Assembly (NCBI GenBank): GCA_964409245.1
Contig: CAYPCQ010000010.1
Location: 29,771-93,770 of the forward strand
DNA: 64,000 nucleotides
DNA from: an uncultured Verrucomicrobiota bacterium
GTDB taxonomy: Bacteria > Verrucomicrobiota > Verrucomicrobiia > Limisphaerales > UBA1319
Direction: 5' to 3'
Below the pieces are notes generated by a model. The model was not told the origin of the DNA. It did not search any database and saw only the letters and a program-made list of their open reading frames with translations. The position numbers and the translations under genes are program-made. The stretch's first letter is position 1, and each line of letters starts with the position of its first letter. Shown here piece by piece: positions 26,703-37,916 of the stretch.

Positions 26703-29168
26703 ATGAAAATATTGGGAAGCATTTATCCAACCCTTTTGACTATGCTGTGCCTCACCGGCCTAGCTGCGGCTGCGGATCTGCCGGCGGATTTTCCGGCGAT
26801 CACAGTGACGCAATGTGATACCAACGCCGTGGGGGAAGGCTGCATTTTCCTGGAGGTCACCGACTCCTCGACGAACGGCGGATATTACCTGATGATTTTG
26901 GGCAACGATGGCAAACCGGTTTGGCGCCAGAGTGTGCCTAACCATGTCTACGATTTCAAAATGCTGCCCAACGGGTATTTACACTATGCGTTGTTTTACA
27001 ATACCCATTCCTGGACGGGCGGGGGTGATGTGACGCATGAAATCCTGGATGGCAGCAGGAAGCCGGCGGGATCGATTACCGGCGGCAACAATTACGCCGC
27101 AGATGCGCACGATTTCCAGCTGCTGCCCAATGGCCACACGCTCCTGCAAGGCTATTACCGGACCCGGATGGATGTGAGCAAGTATGTCGTGGGCGGATAT
27201 CCCAATGCGTTGATCGCCGGGACGGTCATCCAGGAGCTGGACGCGGAGCGGAACGTCGTCTTCCAGTGGCGGTCCTGGGACCATTTCACGATCCCCACGT
27301 ATTTCCCCCCAACCGCCTTCACCAACAATGCCGCACGAAATCCGGTCATCGACGCGTTTCATGTAAACACCGTGGTCTTGGATACCGATGGCAACCTGCT
27401 GGTTTCCAATTTCGGGATGGATGTTTGGAAGATCAGCCGCCAAACCGGCGAGATCCTGTGGCGGCTGGGTGGCATCGCGAACCAGTTTTCCTTTGTGGGC
27501 GTGAATCCCCTGCTCGCCCGGGGGCATTTCTCCGGGCACACCGTGAGCCGGCTGGAGAACGGCCACCTCCTGATTTATTGCAACGCCGACCAGCAGGCCA
27601 CCCGGTCGTCCAAGGTTTACGAATACAGCCTGGATGAAAGCAATAAGGTCGCCACTCTGGTGTGGTCCTACACCCCGCCCACCAACCTCTATGCCTGGCA
27701 CTATGGCAGCGCCCAGCGCCTGGCCAACGGCAACACCTTCATCGGCTGGGGCGGCGCGAATATCATGGCCGGCATTGGCGGGGTGACCAACCAATGGATA
27801 CCTGCCTGCACGGAGGTGGCCGCGGATGGCAAAGTCGTTTTTGAAATGACCTTCAATGATCCCAAAATCGCCAGCTATCGCGCTTACCGGATGGTTTATC
27901 CGCCTGCCTCTCAGGCCAGGGAGGCCATGGTCTCCGGGCTGGCGGCGGGCAACACTTTTGATTTTGGCTCCATTGGGATCGCCCTGGAAATCCTCAGCGG
28001 TGGCGGCGGGTATAATGAAGTCACGCTGACCCGCGAGCCTTATGCGCCGGTCAATCCCTTGTTCCAATCCAAAGCCCCGCTGGTGCTGCCCCTGCGCGTC
28101 AAAGCCTCCGCGAACGCCCTCACCACCGTGGGCGCAAAAATTTACTTCGATGCCACCAGCTTCGGATTAACCAATCCCGCCCAACTGACGGTTTACCACC
28201 GCGCACAAGCGGGCCGCGGCTTGTTCCTGCCGCAGCCGACCGACTATAATCCGGTCACCAAAAAACTGCGCGCCACCCTGACTTTGACCGCCCAATCCGG
28301 GGAATTCGGCGAATTCATCTTCGGTTTCCCGGACCTTGCCGATGTGCCATACCCGCCGATATTGGCGGAAGTGGAAAATTACTTTGGGCCCCAGCTATCC
28401 GAGATCATTGGCCCGAAGCCCGCAACCACCGGGACCGTTTACCCGGTCAACCAGGAGCTGCCCATCGTGCTGGCGTGGTCACCCCAAGGGTTTGCCCGGT
28501 GGTATCAACTCCAGATCTCAGCGAATCCTGATTTCAACAGCCCCGCGGTGGATGTGCCCTATCAAACCGAAGCCTTCAAGGTCTGGAGCAATGCCGCCCC
28601 GGATACCACTTACTACTACCGCGTCAAAACCGTGAATGAAGGCGGGGAAAGCGGCTGGTCGGCCGGGGCTTTCCAAACCATGGCCCCCATGATCCAGGTA
28701 ACCGTCCCCAATAGCGGCCAGGCCTGGCAGCGCGGGCTGACGTATTTCATCCAATGGAACGACAACCTGGCCGGGCAAGTCGTCGTGGACCTCTATAAAT
28801 CCGGGCAGTTCCTGAAGTCCATCGCCACCAATTCCAGCCCGGGCGCCTGCAAGTGGGAAGCCGGTTTTGACCTGAAGCCAGGCGCCGATTACACGCTTAG
28901 AATCCGGAGCCTGGCCAACCCGGAATTGTTCGACTTCAGCGACACGGCTTTCGCCATCGACGTGCCCAGGATCACCGGCTTGCGCCCGAACCCGGGCGGC
29001 GGCTGGATCCTCGAATGGACCGGCTCCAGCGCCGGCGCATATGTGGAATTCACTCCCGCCTTCGCCACCAACCAATGGCGGACGCTGGGCGGTCCGGCCG
29101 GCGGCCCCACCTGGACCAATGCCCCGCAGTCCAGCCCGGAAGGGTATTACCGGCTGCGCCCGGAATAA
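26703..29168 (+). CDS. Second arylsulfotransferase-like beta-propeller protein with FN3, Kre9/KNH-like domain and shared C-terminal module
   Basis: Signal peptide MKILGSIYPTLLTMLCLTGLAAAA. ASST-like FQWRSWDH...HVNTVVLDTDGNLLVS...ISRQTGEILWRLGG. FN3 (WYQLQISA...YYYRVKTVN). Ends GYYRLRPE. Confidence 0.85.
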   Translation: MKILGSIYPTLLTMLCLTGLAAAADLPADFPAITVTQCDTNAVGEGCIFLEVTDSSTNGGYYLMILGNDGKPVWRQSVPNHVYDFKMLPNGYLHYALFYNTHSWTGGGDVTHEILDGSRKPAGSITGGNNYAADAHDFQLLPNGHTLLQGYYRTRMDVSKYVVGGYPNALIAGTVIQELDAERNVVFQWRSWDHFTIPTYFPPTAFTNNAARNPVIDAFHVNTVVLDTDGNLLVSNFGMDVWKISRQTGEILWRLGGIANQFSFVGVNPLLARGHFSGHTVSRLENGHLLIYCNADQQATRSSKVYEYSLDESNKVATLVWSYTPPTNLYAWHYGSAQRLANGNTFIGWGGANIMAGIGGVTNQWIPACTEVAADGKVVFEMTFNDPKIASYRAYRMVYPPASQAREAMVSGLAAGNTFDFGSIGIALEILSGGGGYNEVTLTREPYAPVNPLFQSKAPLVLPLRVKASANALTTVGAKIYFDATSFGLTNPAQLTVYHRAQAGRGLFLPQPTDYNPVTKKLRATLTLTAQSGEFGEFIFGFPDLADVPYPPILAEVENYFGPQLSEIIGPKPATTGTVYPVNQELPIVLAWSPQGFARWYQLQISANPDFNSPAVDVPYQTEAFKVWSNAAPDTTYYYRVKTVNEGGESGWSAGAFQTMAPMIQVTVPNSGQAWQRGLTYFIQWNDNLAGQVVVDLYKSGQFLKSIATNSSPGACKWEAGFDLKPGADYTLRIRSLANPELFDFSDTAFAIDVPRITGLRPNPGGGWILEWTGSSAGAYVEFTPAFATNQWRTLGGPAGGPTWTNAPQSSPEGYYRLRPE

Positions 29169-29256
29169 TTCCCGGGCCAGCAGCCAAGGTGCGGCGCCAG
29201 TCCCTGCGCAATCCCGCAGGCTTTGGGGGGGTGTGACGCCAAAGTAACCAGGCAGG

Positions 29257-29541
29257 TCAGGCTGCGACGCGGATTTTCAGATAGTTGGAGTCATTGAGGC
29301 GATCCCAGCATTCATCCCAGCGGTTTCCTTTGAGTGCGCACCGCAGCGCCAAGACTTGGCTGCCACCGGATTCAGTCCAGAACATCCCGGACTCTTTAAG
29401 GCGTTGGCTGATGACCACCTTGCAGCCGGCCTCAATCACGCCGGAACCATAGAAGAAGAAGCCTTGGTCGCGGCACAGGGCAAACGCATTAAAAACCCGC
29501 CTAAAGGACTGGGAGAGAGGAAAGGAGGATGGGCGTAATAA
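29257..29541 (-). pseudogene. Transposase relic (C-terminal ~95 aa, ISKra4-family-like)
   Basis: The frame is open only for ...FFFYGSGVIEAGCKVVISQRLKESGMFWTESGGSQVLALRCALKGNRWDECWDRL.... This resembles the C-terminal G-SG-V-EA-CK....QRLK.SGM.W...G....L.LR motif of ISKra4-type transposases. No N-terminal catalytic part is present, and AT-rich DNA lies upstream. Confidence 0.45.
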
Positions 29542-29861
29542 AAATTATTGCCAACCAGGCATAAATCGCCTTGTACAAATTGATACAGGGGTCATGATGG
29601 CCGGATGTGCACTACTAATGATAACGAACAAACCACGGGCAAACATAAGCCACTTACAGATCTGTTTAAGATATGCTCGAGGCTCACTGCTCGTCTGGCG
29701 ATAAAATCGGCGGAGCGATCACTTCCCCTCCAACTTCCAAGGAACACGGTTAGGCTTGAGAACGGCCAGCGTTAAAAAGGGGGCGGAGGACCAATCCCCT
29801 GGGTGGTGTTTCCACAGTGAATTGGCCTCCGCCAGGCAGGGATTCCAGCTTGTTTCAGTGC

Positions 29862-31307
29862 TTATCGCAGGCGGAAAAACTGCTGGTTCTGGTTCGCGGG
29901 GATCGTCATCTGTTTCAACCCCGGCCACGCTTGATCGTTGAGCAGCAGCCACGGGCCGCTGACGCTGGGAGCGTATTCGACAGCGTAGTTCATCCCGGCC
30001 ACCGCAGGCCAGGCGAGCTGGACGGTGCTTTGGATGGCGACCTGCGGCACTTCATAGGTCCGCAGCTCGCAGTTGTCGAACGTGGCCTCGGCGGCGGGCA
30101 GCGTGCCGTCGGTGTATTGGAATACCCCCAACCACGGTGCTTTGCCGCTGGTCCTGGGTGCGCCGCTGGGATCAGGGAGAGGGTTTGGAAATGTCATGTC
30201 CGTAATCTCGGCGATTTGCACTGAGTTCAGACTTGGGTCGGAGGCCGGCGTGTCCACGATGCTTCGCTCGTAGAGGACAGCTCCGCCGTTGCTCTTATCC
30301 AGCACCCGGGCTGTGAGGATGACGTTTGAACCGGCCGGGGTGAGCGCCAGCACCAGCACCTCGTTGGTGTTCCGCGTCGCCAGTTTGTCGGCGCTGAGCA
30401 CCGTAAACCCGCTATGCTGCTTGCCGACGATGACGCAGTCGCGGCCCTTCACTATCCAGTAGTCATCGAGAGCCAGAACGGCGTTTGGTGCGGCTCCGTT
30501 TAGCGACACCAGATCCACCCGTGCTTCGAGGCTCTGGCCTTGTTTCACTGCCCAGGATCGATCCGGGCCGGCCCACGCGGTCGTGTGCCAGTTTTCTACC
30601 GTGGGAATACCCGGCCAGTAACCACGGATGGTCAATTGCCCGCTGGCTTGGATCAGGCTCATAGTGCCTTGCGCCGCGCCATGATTCCAGCCGGGCGGCG
30701 AGGAGTCATCGAAATTGTCGATCACGGTGGTGGCGATTACCGGCGCCGGTTTAATAACGGCCGTGCCCTGGTAGGGAATGGCCGGGTCGAATGGCACCCC
30801 GGGGCCCTTGGTTATCGTCTCTTCCAGCCGCAGGCCGTCGATGGCCCCGCCAACGCCATAGCCGGTCAGGGTAATAATGTCGCTGCCATCGGCCTGAGCC
30901 ACGCCGTGGTAGACCATGTCCCAGACGCCGCCGGTGGGCGTGAACTTGGGGTTCGCGGGATCCGCCAGGTTCCAGGTGCCGGCCTCCTGGCAGGCCGTCC
31001 CGCCGAACAGCGCGGTGCCATCCGCCTGGTAAGCCATGTCCATCACCGCCTGGAAGCGGCCCGTGCAACGCGGATCATTGACTTGGACGCGCAGGATATG
31101 GACGTTGCCCTTGAGGGAAACCTGGCCGGAAGCGTTGGTGCATAAGATGCCGGGAACCGGCACGCCAACCAGGTAACCGGTGCCGGTAAAGGCCGGCTCA
31201 GCGGCAGCCAGGGGCACCGTGGCCAACCACAGTGAGGCGGCCACCCATAGAAGGCCGGCGCCAGGGGTTCGCTCATCCCTTAGGTTTTTGATTAATCTTT
31301 TCATCAA
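29862..31307 (-). CDS. Secreted hypothetical protein with shared C-terminal module
   Basis: 481-aa ORF with signal peptide ...GLLWVAASLWLATVPLAAA, beta-rich composition, and an end at NQQFFRLR. I recognise no catalytic motif. Confidence 0.75.
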   Translation of the reverse strand: MMKRLIKNLRDERTPGAGLLWVAASLWLATVPLAAAEPAFTGTGYLVGVPVPGILCTNASGQVSLKGNVHILRVQVNDPRCTGRFQAVMDMAYQADGTALFGGTACQEAGTWNLADPANPKFTPTGGVWDMVYHGVAQADGSDIITLTGYGVGGAIDGLRLEETITKGPGVPFDPAIPYQGTAVIKPAPVIATTVIDNFDDSSPPGWNHGAAQGTMSLIQASGQLTIRGYWPGIPTVENWHTTAWAGPDRSWAVKQGQSLEARVDLVSLNGAAPNAVLALDDYWIVKGRDCVIVGKQHSGFTVLSADKLATRNTNEVLVLALTPAGSNVILTARVLDKSNGGAVLYERSIVDTPASDPSLNSVQIAEITDMTFPNPLPDPSGAPRTSGKAPWLGVFQYTDGTLPAAEATFDNCELRTYEVPQVAIQSTVQLAWPAVAGMNYAVEYAPSVSGPWLLLNDQAWPGLKQMTIPANQNQQFFRLR

Positions 31308-31636
31308 TTGGATTATTTTTTGCGGTTAATGTTTCTCAGCGGCTTTTCGCAGACACTCGGAGGTCGCCGCCAAAACCCGTCCCCCGGCTCACTCGAAGCC
31401 GGGGAAAACAGCCGCCCACGGGCTGCCTTCAACTTCATGCAGAGGAAAATCCGGGAAACCGATGCGGGAAATTTTCGATAATTTTTCAGATTCGAAAGCG
31501 GAGCGCTTTCCATCCGGGTGGGTGCCATTGGGCCGGCAGGCAAGGCCGAGCCAGGTGGCCGTGGCGCGCGCGGCGAGGGGAACGGGCGATCTGGTGAACC
31601 GCGATGACCGGCTGCCACCGGCGGCGGTGGCCGGGG

Positions 31637-32596
<960 letters not shown>

Positions 32597-32623
32597 GGGA
32601 TGTTCTCGGTTATCGGTTATCGG

Positions 32624-35600
32624 TTATTCAACTGTCAGCGCGACCAGCAAGGGGCCGCAACGGGTCAACTTGGAAACATAATCGATCTGCACGACTTCCA
32701 GCCCCGGTTTGGGATTGGCGAACGCAGCCAGGTAAAGCCGTGGCCGGTTATCCGCAGCCCCGGCGGCGGAGTCTCCCCCCCATACGAGCCGGCCGCCCGG
32801 GCATTCCGATTCCGGCTTGAGACGGGCATCCTCGCCGCGCAGGTGTTCGCCGAATACGATGGGCAATTCAGCCACCTCGCCGCTGGCATAGTGGAGCACA
32901 AAGGCTCCGATTTCGCGGCCGGGCCGCTCGAACCAGGTCGTCCCGTGGAGCGCCTGCAACCTTTGGAAAGCCCGTCGCACCGGGATGGCCACCCGATCCG
33001 GATAGATTTCGGAATCGGGTGCGACGCCCCGCAGTTGGACGAATCCGCGAACGTCGAAGGACACACCGCCCAAGGCCTGAACCCCCGCTGGCAATTCGCC
33101 CAGGTTGCGGTCCACATCGGTGAGGTTGCCCATGGCCTGCCAGGACTCGTTCAGCGCGAGGTTGCAGGCCCCGCTCAAATCAACCTGGTTCGAGCTGGCT
33201 TGGGCCGGGCGCGGCGGGATCGGGAACAGCGGCCAGCGCTTGCTGCCGGGCGGCGGCTGGTTCAGATCGCCATAAGTGTGGCGATAGAGTCGGAATCCGT
33301 TCGTCCAGGGGCGCCCGCTGGCCCCGGCGGCCCGCTGGGTGGCCATCGCCGACCGCCAGAACTGGCGCTTGAACTCCTCAATGCGGGTGGGAATGGGAGT
33401 ATCCGCAGCCCCTGGATAAGCGGCGGACCGCCAGGGAAACGCGGTCCATATGCGGGCGGTATTATCTCCGCTTCCGGTGGCCATTCGCCGCCCATCCGGG
33501 CTGAACGCCACGGCATAGACGGCATTGTCGTGCGCGGGCATTGTGAGGAGTTGGCGCCCCGAGGCGACATCCCAGAAGAAGACCCGCATATCGCGAGTGG
33601 TATTGGCATAGAGGTCCGTGCCGCTGGCGGCGGTCAGCAACCGCTGCCCATCGGGGCTGAAAGCGACCGAGGTAACCCCGTTTATGTGCCCCGACAGGGC
33701 ATGAATTGGGCGTCCGGTGCGGGTGTCCCACAGCCGTGCGGACAGATCGGTGCTGCCGGTGGCGAGCCAGTTGCCGTCCGGACTGAAGGCGAGCGACAGA
33801 ACACTGCCGGTGTGATTGGTGAGCGTGCGCAGGCACTGGCCCGAGGCAACCGACCAAAGCCGTGCCGTGCCATCGGCGCTGCCGGTGGCCAGGAGGCTGC
33901 CATCGGGGCTGAAGGCCACCGCCTGGACGGAGCCTTGGTGCCCAGCCAAGGTCTGCTGCCCGGCGCCGGTGCGGACGTTCCAAAGCCTGGCGGTCCGGTC
34001 CTTGCTGCCGGTGGCGATCCATTGGCCGTTCGTGCTCCACGCGACGGCCAACACCGCGCGGGTGTGGCCCCGCAGGCGAAAGGGTTCCGCGTTCGTTCCG
34101 GCGGGAGACCGGACCTCCCACAGGCATGCGGCATGGTCCGGGCCAACCGTCGCCAGGCGATGCCCATCGGGGCTGAAGGCCAGCGACAGGACCGGAAAGC
34201 GAACCGCCAGGGTGCCCAGCAGGGCGCCGGTTCCCGCATCCCAGATCCGGGCGGTCTGGTCGAGGCTGCCGGTCGCGACCCGGCGGCCATCCGGTGAAAA
34301 CGCCACCGTCCACACCGTCTGGTGGTGTCCTTCCAGGCTGGTGCAAGGCGGGATCGGAGCCACCGGCCAGACCTTGACCGTGCGGTCGAAGGACGCGGTG
34401 GCGATATAGTGGCCGTCCGGGCTGAAACGGAGACCGTGCACAAACAGCGAATGCCCGGCCAGCTCCCGCACCACGCGGCGCGTCGGCACCTCGAACAGCG
34501 TGGCGCGGGCGGTGGGATGCGGATCGTCCACGCCCGCCGCGCCGAGCAATTTCCCGTCGGGACTGAAATCAACGGAAATTATGTAACGTTGTTTGGGCGA
34601 GCCTTCAAAGGGCGCCAGCTCGCGCTCCGCATCCGGATCCCAGGCCTTGATCTTGCCGTCCCAACCGGAACTGGCCAGGGTGGATCCGTCCGGGCTCCAA
34701 GCCACGCACGCCACCTCCTGCTCATGGCCCTTCAAACGCCGGGTCTGGCCGGTGGCCAGATCCCAGATGCGGATCGTGGTATCCTGGCTCCTGGTGTATT
34801 GGAACGAGCCCCCGGCATAGGCGATGCGGCGGCCATCCGGGCTGAACCTAACGCAATGCACCTCGTCCCCATAATCGTTGCTCAAGCCAGTGTCCGCTCC
34901 CGTCGCGGCGTCAAAGACCCGCACCCGCCCATCCGCGCACGCGGTAGCCAGGCGCCGTCCATCGGGGCTGAAGGCAGCCTGGCAGACACTTGCGGGGTGC
35001 ACCAGCGGTGGGAAAGTGGGCTGGAACGATTCCATGTCCCAAATCCGGGCGGTCGTATCGCCTCCATTCCAGCCGATGCTTGCCAGATGCCGTCCGTCCG
35101 GGCTGAAGGGCGTGATGCCGCACCAGCCGGTGTGGCCGCGGAGCGGGCGGATCGCCTGGCCGGTGGCGAGCTCCCAAATCCAGAGGACCGGATCCAAACC
35201 TGCCGTAACGAGATGCCGCGAGTCCGGACTGAAGGACGCCTGCAGCCCCAGGGAGGGATTGCCGGACAGGGTCATCAGGTCTTGATTGCAGCCTCGCAAA
35301 AGCCAGCCCCATTCCCAGCCGCGGTAAGACTCCGGGGTGCGCGCCAGCAAGGTTTCCCTGGCCTGGGCAAACTGGTGATTCTGGATCAGGCCCTGTGCCA
35401 GCGCGATGTTGGCGGCGTACTCGCGAACCTCTGTGTCGATCCCGGCGGCCACCGCCGCGCGGCGCTGGACCGCCTCGGCGGCGGCGTTGTGCTCCGCGCG
35501 CCGCCATTGCCAGGCCACACCGGCGGTTCCCGCCCCGAGCACCAGGATCAAGGCCACCGTCAAGCCCGCCCGCACCGGCTGCCTCCGGCACCAGCGCCAC

Positions 35601-36616
35601 ACTTTGCCGGTGGGGCCGAGGGGCCGGGCGAGCACCGGCTGGCCATTCAGAAAACGACCCAGCTCGTCCGCCAGTGCCTGGGCTGTCGCATACCGGCGCT
35701 CCGGCTCCTTCTCCAGGCACTTCAGGCAAATGGTCTCCAAGTCCCGCGGCACGCTGGGATTCAGGAATCGCAGCCCCAGCGGCTCGGTGTTCAGGACTTG
35801 TTCCAGCGTATCGGCCACCGTTTCGCCCTGGAACGGCGGCCGGCCCGTGAGCAGGTGAAAAAGCATCGCCCCCAAGGCATAGACGTCACTGGGCCGGGAG
35901 ACCTTGCCGCGCTTGCCCAACGCCTGCTCCGGCGGAATATAATTCGGCGAGCCGAGCACCTGGCCGGTGATCGTCACCTGCGAGTCGCCATCAAAACGCC
36001 TGGCCAGGCCGAAGTCGGTCACGCGTGGCTGGTCATCGGCATCAATGAGGACGTTCGATGGCTTGAGGTCGCGATGCAGGATGCCGCGTTCGTGGGCGTA
36101 GTGAATCGCTTCGGCAATGGTCTTCAAATAACCGGCGGCGCGCCGGGCCGGCAAGGGCTCGTGGCCGGCCAGGCGGGCCAGGGTCGGTCCCGCCACGTAG
36201 TCCATGGCGAAGAACTGCTGGCCCTCATGGACCCCCACTTCGTGGATGGCGACGATGTTGGGATGTTGCAGGCTGGCGGCGAGAACTGCTTCCGCACGGA
36301 ACCGTTTGGCAAAATCCGGGCTGGCCTGCGGCCCGAACAGGAGCATCTTGAGCGCGACGAGGCGGTCGAGGCTTTTCTGGCGGGCCTTATAGACGATGCC
36401 CATCCCGCCCCGCGCGATTTCCTCCAGCAGCTCGTAGTCGCCAAAGTCGCGGACCAAGGGTGGAGGCGAGCCGGAGGCCGGAGGCGGGGGCGGCGGGGCG
36501 GCGTTGACCGAAACAAACTGAAGCGCGCTGCGAAGGGAGCACAAAGGGCATACTCCCCCCAGAGCGCCCTCGGGCAGCGGCTGCCCGCAGTCGGGGCAAG
36601 TTCGGTTTTTCGGCAT
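32624..36616 (-). CDS. Ser/Thr protein kinase with N-terminal zinc-ribbon, one TM helix, 14 WD40 repeats and a ~260-aa C-terminal domain of unknown function
   Basis: CPDCG...CPLC; kinase motifs [36 protein letters not shown]; [24 protein letters not shown]; 14 repeats of the type GH...V..VAFSPDG..LATGS.D.TARLW. Start chosen at [11 protein letters not shown] (36616); the ORF is open up to 36859. Confidence 0.9.
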   Translation of the reverse strand: MPKNRTCPDCGQPLPEGALGGVCPLCSLRSALQFVSVNAAPPPPPPASGSPPPLVRDFGDYELLEEIARGGMGIVYKARQKSLDRLVALKMLLFGPQASPDFAKRFRAEAVLAASLQHPNIVAIHEVGVHEGQQFFAMDYVAGPTLARLAGHEPLPARRAAGYLKTIAEAIHYAHERGILHRDLKPSNVLIDADDQPRVTDFGLARRFDGDSQVTITGQVLGSPNYIPPEQALGKRGKVSRPSDVYALGAMLFHLLTGRPPFQGETVADTLEQVLNTEPLGLRFLNPSVPRDLETICLKCLEKEPERRYATAQALADELGRFLNGQPVLARPLGPTGKVWRWCRRQPVRAGLTVALILVLGAGTAGVAWQWRRAEHNAAAEAVQRRAAVAAGIDTEVREYAANIALAQGLIQNHQFAQARETLLARTPESYRGWEWGWLLRGCNQDLMTLSGNPSLGLQASFSPDSRHLVTAGLDPVLWIWELATGQAIRPLRGHTGWCGITPFSPDGRHLASIGWNGGDTTARIWDMESFQPTFPPLVHPASVCQAAFSPDGRRLATACADGRVRVFDAATGADTGLSNDYGDEVHCVRFSPDGRRIAYAGGSFQYTRSQDTTIRIWDLATGQTRRLKGHEQEVACVAWSPDGSTLASSGWDGKIKAWDPDAERELAPFEGSPKQRYIISVDFSPDGKLLGAAGVDDPHPTARATLFEVPTRRVVRELAGHSLFVHGLRFSPDGHYIATASFDRTVKVWPVAPIPPCTSLEGHHQTVWTVAFSPDGRRVATGSLDQTARIWDAGTGALLGTLAVRFPVLSLAFSPDGHRLATVGPDHAACLWEVRSPAGTNAEPFRLRGHTRAVLAVAWSTNGQWIATGSKDRTARLWNVRTGAGQQTLAGHQGSVQAVAFSPDGSLLATGSADGTARLWSVASGQCLRTLTNHTGSVLSLAFSPDGNWLATGSTDLSARLWDTRTGRPIHALSGHINGVTSVAFSPDGQRLLTAASGTDLYANTTRDMRVFFWDVASGRQLLTMPAHDNAVYAVAFSPDGRRMATGSGDNTARIWTAFPWRSAAYPGAADTPIPTRIEEFKRQFWRSAMATQRAAGASGRPWTNGFRLYRHTYGDLNQPPPGSKRWPLFPIPPRPAQASSNQVDLSGACNLALNESWQAMGNLTDVDRNLGELPAGVQALGGVSFDVRGFVQLRGVAPDSEIYPDRVAIPVRRAFQRLQALHGTTWFERPGREIGAFVLHYASGEVAELPIVFGEHLRGEDARLKPESECPGGRLVWGGDSAAGAADNRPRLYLAAFANPKPGLEVVQIDYVSKLTRCGPLLVALTVE

Positions 36617-36889
36617 AGCTTTTTTGGCGGCCCACCGGGCCGCCCCAATCCCATACAGAGGCAAATCGGGCAAAAAGTTGCGCTCGGGCACAGTTTGTTT
36701 CCAGCCTGCGCAGCGATCCGGCGCCGCCAACCGCCCCGCAGGCCCGGGAGCGATACGGCCGGACAGCTTGCGCATGGGTGTTCGCCTTATCCGTGTCCAG
36801 GCAATTGGCTCAGTCGTGCTGGCTGGGGCTTTTTGCGCCAGACATTCGCCATTCACCACTTACAGATCGGTTCAAGAGATGCTCGCGGC

Positions 36890-37630
36890 TTAGCCGCAGA
36901 TCACCGTAATCAGATAACGAATCTCCGCGTCGATCTCCGCCGGATCGGCCACCGTGTGGGCGACCTCTTCGCGCACCAGCTCGTGGTAGCGCTGCCGCAG
37001 ACGATGCAACGCCGATTTGACGGCGCTCCCGGTCTGGCCCAGCCGGGCGGCGGCCGCGGCATACGAAACCTCGCTGACCCCGGCCACAAAATCCCGCAAG
37101 CACTCGAACAACTCCGCTTTGCCCGCCCGGGCGGATTCGTCCCGCAGCCGGGCCAGCGCCTGTTCCAGCAGCGTCATGGCCCAGCGGCGTTCAAAAATCT
37201 TCTGCGCGTCCATCTGCTCCATGGGTTCAAGCCGGTAACGTTCCTCGGCATCCTGGGCGTCCAGCGAAAGGATCTCCGCGCCGCCGCCGCGTTTCGCGGC
37301 CCGATCCCGGTCCCGCTGGTCTGAAAGAAAGTGCCGCAGCGCCGCCAGGAGGAACGAACGGAACTTGCCTTTTTGGGGATCAACCTGGCCGAGGTAGTTT
37401 TTCGCCAGGAGCCGGGAGAAGAAACCCTGCGTCAGGTCTTGGGCGTCCGGGGCTTGATAACCTTCCCGCCGGATAAAGGCGTAAAGCGGGTACCAGTAGG
37501 TGCGGCACAGGCATTCGAGCGCCGCCGCCGTGCACGCGTTTTCGCTTTGACCCGCCGCGAGCACCACGCTCCAATGAGTGGTGGCAAATACCCCCCTCTG
37601 CGTCCCCGGGCTTTCAGGCGCTTTGTCCAT
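36890..37630 (-). CDS. ECF-type sigma-70 family RNA polymerase sigma factor (kinase-associated class)
   Basis: Region 2 ...YWYPLYAFIRREGYQAPDAQDLTQGFF.... Region 4 HTH ...SYAAAAARLGQTGSAVKSALHRLRQRY. The N-terminal TTHWSVV motif is present. It lies directly upstream of a Ser/Thr kinase gene and no anti-sigma gene is visible. Confidence 0.9.
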   Translation of the reverse strand: MDKAPESPGTQRGVFATTHWSVVLAAGQSENACTAAALECLCRTYWYPLYAFIRREGYQAPDAQDLTQGFFSRLLAKNYLGQVDPQKGKFRSFLLAALRHFLSDQRDRDRAAKRGGGAEILSLDAQDAEERYRLEPMEQMDAQKIFERRWAMTLLEQALARLRDESARAGKAELFECLRDFVAGVSEVSYAAAAARLGQTGSAVKSALHRLRQRYHELVREEVAHTVADPAEIDAEIRYLITVICG

Positions 37631-37802
37631 GCGAACTACTCCTTACATTAACAAATCGAAATGATTCCAGCCAGCAAAAATAATGCAAACTTCATCAGGT
37701 TTCGGAAGCACCAGAAGGGACGAAATGGGCATTTGAAAAATCGAGCGGGTGGGATGGCTGGCCGGAGGGAAAGGAGAATGGCCGCGCAAAGGCCGTGAAC
37801 CA

Positions 37803-37828
37803 GACTGAAAACAGGAAAAGAAGGTTCC
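37803..37828 (-). promoter_or_regulatory. Candidate ECF-type promoter (GGAAC-N17-AGTC) upstream of the sigma/kinase operon
   Basis: The minus strand reads TGGAACCTTCTTTTCCTGTTTTCAGTCTGG about 175-200 nt upstream of the sigma start. It resembles the generic ECF -35 GGAAC / -10 (C)GTC spacing. Confidence 0.25.
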
Positions 37829-37916
37829 AAGTGTGGAGACGGACGTAAGGCATTCGGAAAGGCTGCCGACCGGAATTCGGACGGGGTATTTAGTGGATGG
37901 GATTGCGCCCGCGGCT

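Noticed and set aside
34322-37324. 1000-aa plus-strand ORF (and 32576-34297, 573 aa) antisense to the kinase and sigma genes
   Set aside because: Same reasoning: no domain signatures and an Arg/Gly/Pro-dominated composition. The minus strand carries unmistakable kinase, WD40 and sigma-70 motifs.
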